Position numbers and translations under genes: made by a program | Source: Macrostomum lignano | Lineage: Eukaryota | Reading direction: 5' to 3' | Assembly (NCBI GenBank): GCA_002269645.1 | Contig: NIVC01002136.1 | Location: 62,001 to 126,000, forward strand | DNA length: 64,000 bases | The notes under the pieces: generated by a model | The model's input: only the letters and a program-made list of their open reading frames with translations | What the model was told of the DNA's origin: nothing | Database searches by the model: none | Part shown: one piece after another, positions 39,878 to 51,249 of the stretch | How the letters are laid out: the number at the start of each line of letters is the position of its first letter | Numbering within the stretch: the stretch's first letter is position 1

Positions 39878-40938
39878 AAGGTTGACAGATATTTTTATAT
39901 TTCCAAGGCTTATTGGGGGCATTGCTGAGATGTCAAGGGGGGAAGTTGATATGTTAAAGCTTGTGGGGGGGGGGGAATTACTGACATGTCAAGGCTTACA
40001 AGGTTTGACAGGAGATTTTTTAAGATTTCAAGGATACATGTAGCTTATTTAAAAAACGTGTATTGCATTTCTTTGGCTCCCCAACGGGGGGCGTAGATTG
40101 CTAGTATAAGTCTAGTTTTGTATATTAGAGTATAATAAACTAAAAAATCGTCTACTTTTAGTAGCGTGTAAAGGATTAGTCTTGAAAAGTTAAAGTTCTG
40201 ATATTACATAATATCAAAATGAATTAATATACACCGCAGGAATTATTCCACAAATTCAAATCAAGTGAACCAACTACTTTGTACAGGGGGACATGTATAT
40301 TTGTTTTTTTGTCGTTGTACAGTAAATGCACATGCGGCCTGTGTAATCTCAGAATCCGATCTGAGAAATCATCACTGTTTGCAAAGCACATTTTATTCAA
40401 TATTATCACGCATGGCAGGCAATATATATAATATAATAAATATGTGCATGTATACAAGCAGTTAAAGTGCATCCAAATATTAACTGCGGGCGGCGGACCC
40501 GGACAACTCTAGTAAAAATCGTGCAAATTTTGCTTGAGATGCCACGGTTTTCGCTGCCAAATGCAATCGCGAGGTGCACGTTAGGATATTAGGGAGTTGT
40601 AATTTTCATGCAGTTATTAGCACTAAATTACTCATCGTATCTCACAGTCTGGACTAGATCGTAGATTGTATACTCGTAACGATCAACGCATATTTAACGT
40701 TCATCATCAATTCGCCATCTTCCTGCATGGCTTGTCCACCGCGGATGTCGTTGGGTTCGCGACTGACCAATAAACAAGTAGTATATGTAGGTCACGTTCT
40801 GAAATTTGGCAATCGGATTTCTGAAATAAGTTTTCTTTACCAGCCACTTCCTTAGGCTGATAGTTGAAGTCTGACTTAGACCCTCTCAAAAAACAAATTG
40901 ATAAGTACTTGAATGTAATGCTAGATAGAGCCTTCTAC

Positions 40939-41200
40939 TACCACTCTCAAAAGACGACAAGCTGAGATGCCGGCCTCCAGCTGCCACTCTCAAAAGACGA
41001 CAAGCTGAGATGCCGGCTTCCAGCTGCCACTCTCAAAAGACGACAAGCTGAGATGCCGGCCTCCAGCTGCCACTCTCAAAAGACGACAAGCTGAGATGCC
41101 GGCCTCCTGCCACTCTCAAAAGACGACAAGCTGAGATGCCGGCCTCCTGCCACTCTCAGAAGACCACTGAGATGCCGGCCTCCTGCCACTCTCAGAAGAC
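40939..41200. repeat. ~43-bp minisatellite 3' of the nuclear receptor
   Basis: Unit CTGCCACTCTCAAAAGACGACAAGCTGAGATGCCGGCCTCCAG, shortening distally. Confidence 0.9.
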
Positions 41201-41364
41201 CCCTGAGAGGCCGGCCTCCCGCCACTCTCAGAAGACCAACGAAATTCCCACCTGATGACAAGCGAATTCCGATCTTCAGAATCCAATTTATCCAGCCAAT
41301 CGTACTATTTCAATCACATCAATTGCTATCAGTACAGTTAATGACCCAAATACTCAGCACCTAC

Positions 41365-42498
41365 TCACGGCCAGTAGTATCGCAAGCGCACCAGCCCGCG
41401 CAGTGCCGCAGCCAGCAGCGGCGGCAGGGCGTGGCCGTCTCGAGCCGCTGTCGAACGCCAGAATGCCGATGCTTGCACGCGGACGCAGCTGACGCCGCTA
41501 GACAGCAGCAGGAGGCTCATCCGCCGTTCTCTGTTCGGACAGACCCTTCTGAACAGCCGCAGGTAGGGGTCCATCAGCGGCTCGGCTCGGTCTCTGAGTG
41601 CCGCCTCCTGGGAGCAGAGAAACAGCAGCGGCTTCAGCACGAGATACTCGCTGCGGCTAATCCGCTGGTGCCGCAGCTTCCGCGTCAGCCGGAGCGCCTC
41701 GGTTAGCGCCGTCTGCAGCACCCGAGGCGCCGATTCGGGCGCGTTCGTCAGCTGAAGGTTGGCGCAGACACGCAGTTGACCGTCCGGCTCCCACTGGCTG
41801 CCCCAGGCAATTCTGGACACCACAGGCGCCGGCCAGTTCTCTTCGAACAGGCGCTCCCGCTCGGCTGGCGCCAGGGACTCCAGGCCCGGCAGCTGGCTGA
41901 CCCAGCGCGCCATCGCAGCGGCGTGCGAGTCGGCGGCGGACAGCAGCCGGATGGCGTTGCGCATTGCCTCCGGCAGCCAGTGCTCGGCCGCGAAGCTGAC
42001 GTCGATGTTGAACTCGGCCGGCTCGATCTCGGCCAGGCGACACAGCAGCGGGTCGGTTTCCATGGCAACAGCAGCGTCGCCCAGTTCGCCGCCGTCAAAA
42101 CTCACCGGCGGCGCCGAGTTTGTCGACGTAGCAGAAGATTCTGGCGAAGGCATCGCGGCGCTGCTGGAAGCTCCGCCGCCCGCAGCACAGGACGGCGACG
42201 CAACGGATGCGACGGTTTTCGACGACGCCTCTGCAGGATCCGCAGCCAGGGAGCGCACAAGGTCGGTCCGCATGCCGCAGCGCAGGCAGCGCTGGAACCG
42301 GCAGGCCTGGCAGAGCCTCCTCGTCGCCTGGTGGATCCGGCAGCTGCCATTGTGCTCGCACCGGTAGGTCAGGCACTGCTGCACCGTCCGTTTGAAAAAC
42401 GACTTGCAGGCCACGCACGTGACGACGCCGTAGTGCGCGCCGGCGCCCCGATCGCCGCAGATTCGGCAGCTGCTGCCGCCGCTTCTCGTTGCCGACAT
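41365..42498 (-). CDS. Nuclear hormone receptor (C4 zinc-finger DBD plus degenerate LBD), intronless CDS, 377 aa; DBD most reminiscent of ERR/NR3 type
   Basis: CRIC-x13-CVAC-KSFFKRTVQ...C-x5-C-x9-CQACRFQRCLRCGM. LBD-like motifs WVSQLPGLESL...ERERLFEENW and ISRSEYLVLKPLLFL. In-frame stop upstream of ATG 42498. Confidence 0.9.
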   Translation of the reverse strand: MSATRSGGSSCRICGDRGAGAHYGVVTCVACKSFFKRTVQQCLTYRCEHNGSCRIHQATRRLCQACRFQRCLRCGMRTDLVRSLAADPAEASSKTVASVASPSCAAGGGASSSAAMPSPESSATSTNSAPPVSFDGGELGDAAVAMETDPLLCRLAEIEPAEFNIDVSFAAEHWLPEAMRNAIRLLSAADSHAAAMARWVSQLPGLESLAPAERERLFEENWPAPVVSRIAWGSQWEPDGQLRVCANLQLTNAPESAPRVLQTALTEALRLTRKLRHQRISRSEYLVLKPLLFLCSQEAALRDRAEPLMDPYLRLFRRVCPNRERRMSLLLLSSGVSCVRVQASAFWRSTAARDGHALPPLLAAALRGLVRLRYYWP

Positions 42499-42954
42499 GC
42501 CGTTGCTTCAGGCGCTTCAAGATTTCTGCCCAATGCACCAATTGCTTGATGATTAAAACAGTGTGGCTGGCTGGCTTACTCGCGGCAGGTACGGTGAGAG
42601 AGTCGTTTGTAAATATGTAGTTTTTCGTCTCACGCCTGCTCTCCTCTGTTTTCTCTTCTCTGTACCGTTTTGCTCTGGAGAGCTCTAATCGTGTAGGTTG
42701 GATAGAATATCTGGACCTCCCACCCTGCCCACAGTGCTATCTTTCAGTCAATACGTACACCGCATGCATGACAGCTTGCTTTGCCACTGTACAGTATTAT
42801 CTCCCTTAAGGGCAAGCCCTACCCCATAATCAACCTGCCCAGTCCTCACAGAACGAAATTTCACTCTTTAATAAGTTAATTAGTACACTGGCGATGCAGT
42901 GAAATCACTTGTAAAATATTTTATTCTAATTACGAGCTATGTTTGCTCTGTCAC

Positions 42955-43277
42955 CTGTCTCCCCAGATCTTCTCCTGTCTCCCCAAATCCCCCTTGTCTT
43001 CCCAGATCCTCCCCTGTCTTCTCAGATCCTCCCCTGTCTTCTCAGATCCTCCCCTGTCTTCCCAGATCCTCCCCTGTCTTCCCAGATCCTCCCCTGTCTT
43101 CCCAGACCATCCCCTGTCTTCTCAGATCCTCCCCTGTCTTCCCAGATCTCCCCTGTCTTCTCAGATCCTCCCCTGTCTTCCCAGATCCTCCCTTTTCTTC
43201 CCAGACCCTCCCCTGTCTTCCCAGACCCTCCCCTGTCTTCCCAGATCCTCTCCTGTCTCCCCAAATCCCCCTGTCTT
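42955..43277. repeat. 20-bp pyrimidine-rich minisatellite
   Basis: Unit CCCCTGTCTTCCCAGATCCT. Confidence 0.95.
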
Positions 43278-43292
43278 CACTCAATTTGTATT

Positions 43293-44605
43293 CACTCAGG
43301 TTTAACTTCGTTCTCACTCAGGTTTAACTCCGTTCTCACTCAGGTTTCACTCCGTTCTCACTCAGGTTTCACTCCGTTCTCACTCAGGTTTAACTCCGCT
43401 ATGACTCTAACGCCACGATCCCTGGTTCGATCCCGTGCGCGAACACGTATTTTTTGTGGCTTGTGCTTCGGCCCGGTAAACTGTACAACAGAATGTCAAA
43501 CTCTAAGGTTAAATGCAATTTTTCTGGAATTTCGCATCCACCCAGTGTCTGCCCCTAGCGTTGATTCAGATGCAAAAAATGGCAGCAGTCATTTGGGAAT
43601 GTGGATTGCGAATATGGGAGAGAAGCCAATTGAGAAGAGGGATGCGGTACGCAAGAGATGACTGGAATAGATACCCGCTCGTATGTACTTTTCATTTTGG
43701 GCTGATTTTCTAATAATTTCAAGGAAACGCATAATATACCGGTAATAATATTATTATTTGCAGCCTAGCGAAACGCCTTCGGCGACATCGTCCCGAATTC
43801 ATTCCGCTGACTTCTGAGCACACTTCTGTCAATGCTGTGCAGGGCGTATAGCGATCTTGAATTTCTAATCGCCAATCATGTACACGATCTGCTCTGCGAG
43901 CGGAGTGAAACCTGAGTGACAGCAGAGTGAAACCTGAGTGAGAGCGGAGTGAAACCTGCGTGATAGCAGAGTGAAACCTGAGTGAGAGCGGAGTGAAACC
44001 TGAGTGACAGCAGAGTGAAACTTGAGTGAGAGCGGAGTGAAACCTGCGTGATAGCAGAGTGAAACCTGAGTGAGAGCGGAGTGAAACCTGAGTGACAGCA
44101 GAGTGAAACTTGAGTGAGAGCGGAGTGAAACCTGCGTGATAGCAGAGTGAAACCTGAGTGAGAGCGGAGTGAAACCTGAGTGACAGCAGAGTGAAACTTG
44201 AGTGAGAGCGGAGTGAAACCTACGTGAGAGCGGAGTGAAACCTACGTGATAGCAGAGTGAAACCTGAGTGATAGCGGAGTGAAACTTGAGTGAGAGCGGA
44301 GTGAAACCTAAGTGAGAGCGGAGTGAAACCTAAGTGATAGCGGAGTGAAACCTGAGTGAGAGCGGAGTGAAACCTGAGTGATAGCGGAGTGAAACCTGAG
44401 TGAGAGCGGAGTGAAACCTAAGTGAGAGCGGAGTGAAACCTAAGTGAGAGCGGAGTGAAACCTAAGTGAGAGCGGAGTGAAACCTAAGTGAGAGCGGAGT
44501 GAAACCTATGTGAGAGCGGAGTGAAACCTAAGTGAGAGCGGAGTGAAACCTAAGTCAGAGCAGAGTGAAAACTAAGTGAGAGCGGAGTGAAACCTAAGTG
44601 ATAGC
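43293..44605. repeat. Inverted pair of 22-bp arrays around a ~495-bp core (foldback-like)
   Basis: CTCACTCAGGTTTCACTCCGTT about 5 times (43293-43402) and its reverse complement GAGCGGAGTGAAACCTGAGTGA about 32 times (43897-44605). Confidence 0.85.
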
Positions 44606-45255
44606 GTTAACAAGCCCGAAGTGTTTGCGACTCTGGAAGCCATCATCAAACCAACCTTGATCTCATCATTCCCGCCGGACCCTGCCGAAAATGAAGCAAG
44701 ATTTTAGCGCCAAAATTGAGACAATTGAGGAACACACAAAATGTCAAACTGACAAAAAAGATATGCTATGGTATAGATATGCAGATAGCTTTAATTATCC
44801 GAATAAAATACTTATTCTATTAGCTCGTATTTAAAATTTTCAAAGCAAGCAAGAGAGTTGCGAAAATATAATATCCAAAAAATCATATTTTACTAAAAAA
44901 GATCTGAGTGCGGCTGCCCGTACTCAGTAAATTCTAGACAGACGCTTGAATCAAAGCAGAGCACAGTCTAATGTAAGAAAAAGCCAAACTATTATCAGTA
45001 GTATAAGAAGCAAGTATTTTACGATAGATTTATTCAACACTATGCCGCTCGGAGCGATAGAGTTTAAATTTGAGTTTAGAATCAACAAAACTTAGAAGCT
45101 TCTTGTCAAGGACTTCAAGTTTCTAGTCCAGTTGACTTATAGACGTCCTCGTTTCTTGTCTCTTCTCTCCACTTAGTACTTGTTAGGGAACTACGTGCAC
45201 TAATAAAACGAGAGCTTGAGTACAGAGTCAATGCCGACTGGTCAACCGTCAGTGG

Positions 45256-46690
45256 CTATTGGCAGTCTTTCCTTGGGTTTCTGCTCCAAGGCAGGGGCTG
45301 CAGGTTCCTGGAGTCTGGCCACAGGTAGCGGTCCTCGTACTCGGTCGTCCGCGCCTCCGGCTCCGCCTTCATCAGCGGCCGGCCAATCACGGAGAAGTCC
45401 GGCTGCGGATTGATGACGTAATCAAACTTAGTGCTCGCCGTTTTCGGGCGCAGGTAGCGGTCCTTGTACTCGGTTGTGCCGGGGAACTTCGTCGGAATGC
45501 CTGCCAGCTCCTGAGGTGTCCGCTGCTGCTGCGACTGCTGCTGCGGCTGCTGCTGGTCGTCGCAAGAAGCGGCGACACAGTCGAAGGTCCGACGGCACAA
45601 CGGTGCCGACTTCTGACGCAGGTTGAACCTGCAAGGAGTTGGGATGGTCAGGCGCTCGGTTTCGGCTGGCTGACAAAACCTGAACGACGCTTCCTGCATC
45701 TGTGCACAGCTGCCTACCTGCGAGCCTGCGTATTCAATCCCATTATTCCATAAATCTCACGCCTTCCATCTCAGCATGACCATGTCTAACTAAATAACCT
45801 CTTGCACCATACTCAGTCTGACTCTACACCCCTACTCAGTCTCACCCTACACCCCTACTCAGTCTCACCCTACACCCCTACTCAGTCTCACCCTACACCC
45901 CTACTCAGTCTCACCCTTACGAGTACATTCTTACTCAGTCTCACCCTACCCCAACTCAGTCTCACCCTACCCCTACTCAGTCTCACCCTTACGAGTACAT
46001 TCTTACTCAGTCTCACCCTACCCCAACTCAGTCTCACCCTACCCCAACTCAGTCTCACCCTACCCCAACTCAGTCTCACCCTACCCCAACTCAGTCTCAC
46101 CGCTGCGGCGGCCCGCTGTTGGCCAGGGTCTCCGGCACGAACTTGGGATGGCAGAGCCTCGGAAAGTCGGCGTCGCCGCGGCGCCATTGCGGATCGAAGC
46201 GCAGCGGCTCTCGCGACCCCCTGGTGAGGTTGTTCCTGTAGCCCGTGAACCGGTCCGTCACGCCCACCCAGTCGCAGAACCGCTGCACCCGGTTGTGCGC
46301 AGCCAACGCGTTCGGGTCGAACTCGCGTCGGAAGCCCCGCAGCCCGTCCAGCGCCGCCGACTGGTTGGCAGCCGACTGGCCATCGGTCAGCGTCTCGGCG
46401 AATTCCTTGGACATGGCGGCGCGGTAGTCCTGCAGGAAGGCCTCGCCGCGCCGCAGGGCGTCGGTGCTTCGCTCGCGATGCTCGGCGACCTCCGAGCAGG
46501 GGACTCGCTGCCGCCAGAGCTCGGACCTGTCCAAGAAGTGGTTGTCCAGCTTCATGTGCCGCAGCCCGTTGTCCACCGCGGACAGCTGCTGGCAGACCGG
46601 CTGGGTGAGCTGGTAGCGCTCCGGGTCGCAGGTCTCCAGCACACTGCGGTGGGCCGCCCGCACTGTGCAGTCAAAAGCCGCCGAGGCCAT
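45256..46690 (-). CDS. Uncharacterised 320-aa protein with two TTEYxDRYLxP motifs (possible microtubule inner/stabilising protein)
   Basis: GC-rich exons 46690-46101 (phase 2, donor GTGAGA) and 45628-45256 join in frame (...PPQR|FNLRQK...). The intron is filled by a minisatellite. No family recognised with certainty. Confidence 0.75.
45811..46100. repeat. 21-23-bp intronic minisatellite containing CTCAGTCTCAC
   Basis: Units CTCACCCTACACCCCTACTCAGT and CCTACCCCAACTCAGTCTCAC. Confidence 0.93.
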
Positions 46691-47425
46691 TTCTCTTCAG
46701 AGTGGATCGACGGCAAAGAGCGTCAGAGTAAACTGGCTTTCCCGTTGCAGAACTTGGCTGTAGCTCTGCTTTCCACCTGCTAATGAAGACAGAGCCTATG
46801 CCTAGGGCTGGTCTCTAACCCCGCCTCCACTCCACCTCTCGCCCTCCATCTGCTCATAGCCTTGGAAACCATGGATATGCTTTCTTGGCCCTCTCTCTGC
46901 CCCCTGCCTCTGCAACTGCCTACTAGTCAACTCTGTGCATCTCCACCTTTCCTTTGCTTCCAAGATAAAGACGGAGAGGGGTGGAGGGGGGGGCAGACAG
47001 ATCTCGCGAGCCTGAACTGCAATGGAAAGTTTACAAGCCATCGTCTGGTCTCCGCCTTCTCCCCTGTGCCTGCCTGCCTGCCTGCATTAACTCCGTGCAA
47101 CTGAGCTGTTTTTTTTGTAAACCAGAGCGAGCACAGCAAACCGCTTCTCAACCGCTAAGCCGGAAAATGATGAAGCGACAGCCGAGGCTTCTTGAAGCAT
47201 TGAAAAGCCAAGCCGCTGGGTTTTTTATCTTCTAGACAGCTTCATCTCAATCTGAGAGTTGCAGTGCAGAGTCTGCAACACGCCTACATGGAACTGACTA
47301 CTCGTAGTACTATAAACCATTTTTATAAAAAACTCAAAACTTTGTTGAGGCAGACAGTTAAAAAATTAATTGCTTTTCCGTCTCTGTTTCGTACAGTTGC
47401 TCTCCAATGCAATATTTTTCATCTC

Positions 47426-49590
47426 GCTCAGTCTCACACTGTCTCACTCAGTCTCACACTGTCTCACTCAGTCTCACACTGTCTCACTCAGTCTCACACT
47501 GTCTCACTCAGTCTCACACTGTCTCACTCAGTCTCACACTGTCTCACTCAGTCTCACACTGTCTCACTCAGTCTCACACTGTCTCACTCAGTCTCACACT
47601 GTCTCACTCAGTCTCACACTGTCTCACTCAGTCTCACACTGTCTCACTCAGTCTCACACTGTCTCACTCAGTCTCACACTGTCTCACTCAGTCTCACACT
47701 GTCTCACCCAGTCTCACACTGTCTCACTCTGTCTCACCTTGTATCACCCAGTCTCACACTGTCTCACTCAGTCTCACACTGTCTCACCCAGTCTCACACT
47801 GTCTCACTCTGTCTCACCTTGTATCACCCAGTCTTACACTGTCTCACTCTGTCTCACTCTGTCTCACACTGTCTCACTCTGTCTCACCTTGTATCACGCA
47901 GTCTCACTCTGTCTCACTCTGTCTCACACTGTCTCACCCAGTCTCACACTGTCTCACTCAGTCTCACACTGTCTCACTCAGTCTCACACTGTCTCACTCA
48001 GTCTCACACTGTCTCACTCAGTCTCACACTGTCTCACTCAGTCTCACACTGTCTCACTCAGTCTCACACTGTCTCACTCAGTCTCACACTGTCTCACTCA
48101 GTCTCACACTGTCTCACCCAGTCTCACACTGTCTCACTCTGTCTCACCTTGTATCACCCAGTCTCACACTGTCTCACTCTGTCTCACTCTGTCTCACACT
48201 GTCTCACTCAGTCTCACACTGTCTCACTCAGTCTCACACTGTCTCACTCTGTCTCACCTTGTATCACCCAGTCTCACACTGTCTCACTCTGTCTCACTCT
48301 GTCTCACACTGTCTCACTCTGTCTCACCTTGTATCACGCAGTCTCACTCTGTCTCACTCTGTCTCACACTGTCTCACTAAGTCTCACCTTGTATCACGCA
48401 GTCTCACACTGTCTCACTCAGTCTCACACTGTCTCACTCAGTCTCACACTGTCTCACTCTGTCTCACACTGTCTCACTCTGTCTCACCTTGTATCACCCA
48501 GTCTCACACTGTCTCACTCAGTCTCACACTGTCTCACACTGTCTCACACTGTCTCACTCAGTTTCACACTGTCTCACTCAGTCTCACCTTGTATCACCCA
48601 GTCTCACACTGTCTCACTCAGTCTCACATTGTCTCACACTGTCTCACACTGTCTCACTCAGTCTCACCTTGTATCACGCAGTCTCACACTGTCTCACACT
48701 GTCTCACTCTGTCTCACACTGTCTCACTCTGTCTCACTCAGTCTCACCCTGTCTCACTCATTCTCTTCCTGTCTCACTCAGTCTAAACTGTCTCACCCAG
48801 TCTCACAATGTCTCACTCAGTCTCACACTGTCTCACTCAGTCTCACACTGTCTCACTCAGTCTCACACTGTCTCACTCAGTCTCACACTGTCTCACTCAG
48901 TCTCACACTGTCTCACTCAGTCTCACACTGTCTCACTCAGTCTCACACTGTCTCACTCAGTCTCACACTGTCTCACTCAGTCTCACACTGTCTCACTCAG
49001 TCTCACACTGTCTCACTCAGTCTCACCTTGTATCACCCAGTCTCACACTGTCTCACACTGTCTCACACTGTCTCACTCAGTCTCACACTGTCTCCCTCAA
49101 TCTCACCTTGTATCACCCAGTCTCACACTGTCTCACCCAGTCTCACACTGTCTCACACTGTCTCACACTGTCTCACTCAGTCTCAAACTGTCTCACTCAG
49201 TCTCACCTTGTATCACCCAGTCTCACACTGTCTCACACTGTCTCACACTGTCTCACTCAGTCTCACTCATTCTCTTCCTGTCTCACTCAGTCTCAACTGT
49301 CTCACCCAGTCTCGAACTGTCTCACTCAGTCTCACTCAGTTTCACACTGTCTCACACTGTCTCACTCTGTCTCATCCAGTCTCACTCATTCTCTTCCTGT
49401 CTCACTCAGTCTCACCCTGTCTCACTCAGTCTCACCCTGTCACACCCAATCTCTTCCTGTCTCACTCAGTCTCACACTGTCTCACTCAGTCTCACCCTGT
49501 CACACCCAATCTCTTCCTGTCTCACTCAGTCTCACACTGTCTCACTCAGACTCACTCAGTCTCACTCAGTCTCACTCAGTCTCACCCTCT
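47426..49590. repeat. 10/20-bp satellite, ~2.2 kb
   Basis: Units GTCTCACACT and GTCTCACTCA. Confidence 0.97.
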
Positions 49591-50163
49591 CTCACTGAAA
49601 CTCGTATATCTTAACTCCTAAAAGGTGGATCCAAGACTTTGCGATTTTCTATAGGCTGGCTGACACGATCGGCCCCCAAAAGCCATAGTAACACGCTCTG
49701 AGGTCAAGCGACAGCCGGAGCGCACTGTTTCGTCAATGTTAGCAAAACAGCAAGTCTAAAAAAGGTGCAACGGGCGGCGTGACTCAGCGCTTTTTCCGTT
49801 GAACACATCTTCCGCCAATTTCTGCAACTAATATTGCTTGCGCGTGTCCCTGGTCGCATGGAGCACGCAGCTTGACTGACAGAGGCCTGCTGCTGCAGCT
49901 GCCGCATCTCCGCAGGGGCTCGGCCTGTCTGCTTTTGGGCGACACATTTTGCCAACAGAATTTCTGGCTTCTTAGTTGTCTTTTAACGCTCCAATCGACA
50001 GCTGCGGAGATCGCCAACAAGACAGCTTTCTTTATGTAGCCGCAATCTACAAGGTATTCAGCCAGGTACACCTCATTCAAGGACCGCCAACTCGTACAAG
50101 TGATAATTGAAACTAACATTGCTGGCTCATACCGCTGACCCTGAGCACGTACACATGCTCACA

Positions 50164-50473
50164 CAGGGTGTACGGCAGGGTGTACAGCAAGCTTTACAGC
50201 AACGTGTACATCAGGGTGTACGAGTACAGCAGGTTGTACAGCAGGATGTATAGCAAGCTTTACAGCAACGTGTACAGCAACGTGTACAGCAGGGTGTACA
50301 GCAGGGTGTACAGCAGGGTGTACAGCAGGGTGTACAGCAGGGTGTACAGCAGGGTGTACAGCAGGGTGTACAGCAGGGTGAACAACAGGGTGTACAGCAG
50401 GGTGTACAGCAGGGTGTACAGCAGGGTGTACAGCAGGGTGTACAGCAGGGTGTACAGCAGGGTGAACAACAGG
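50164..50473. repeat. 12-bp minisatellite
   Basis: Unit AGGGTGTACAGC. Confidence 0.95.
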
Positions 50474-51249
50474 GACTTTGCTCAAGCTAGATCAATGACT
50501 ATTCATTTGGAATCAGCGCAAGTTCCAGTTGAATCTGTTCACAATCCGGGTTGCATTCGGAGTGAATTATGTGAGCAATTATTCAATGGGAAACCTGTTT
50601 CTGGGCAATCCCAGAACTCGGGGCTCCCAAATGATTTATGGTTTTCGACAGTTGCGTTCAACTTGTTGAGTTCCAGTTGGCGAAAGCGTGGTGGCAGCTT
50701 CGTAGAGTAGCAGAGCCCCCGCTGATGCCAGCAGCTCAGCTCTGCCAGTTGGCATGGATAATTGCTGGTCACAATTTAATAGCCAGACTCTGCTTCCGCA
50801 GCAGCAATTATCTTTTAGAAGCAAAGCGGCTGGCTGAACTGCGACCGGGGCCCAATTGGATGTTTCTGTCGAAAAAAAACTTGACTTTCCAAAGCAACAA
50901 GCAGGCGTCTGTCTGCTTCTGCCTCTAGGAGTGGGCCCGCGGGTCCTGCTGGGATTGCTTGCTGCTTGCTGCTTTGGGCCTGCAGGGACCCGGGCCAGAG
51001 GGTCAAATCATTCCCCGGCCACCCCGCCAACCAGCGGAAGCCTCGCCGTTCGAGCGCCTCTCGATCTGCCCCCCCCCCCCCAGGTCCCCCGCCGAATAAA
51101 ATTCCCTACAGCAGCGCCCGAGCCTCTTCAATGGAAACCGATTTAGAATACTCGTAATTCTCTTGCTTCAGCCAGCGGGTGTGAAAACCCACTGCCGCAC
51201 TGATCCGCGTGTGAACTGTCTTTGAAAGCGACGCATTGTGGAACAGCTG

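Noticed and set aside
49630-51150. GC-richer unique DNA with many short ORFs upstream of the ROS1-like gene
   Set aside because: No protein motif, TIR/TSD or coherent exon chain was found, so it is left unannotated.
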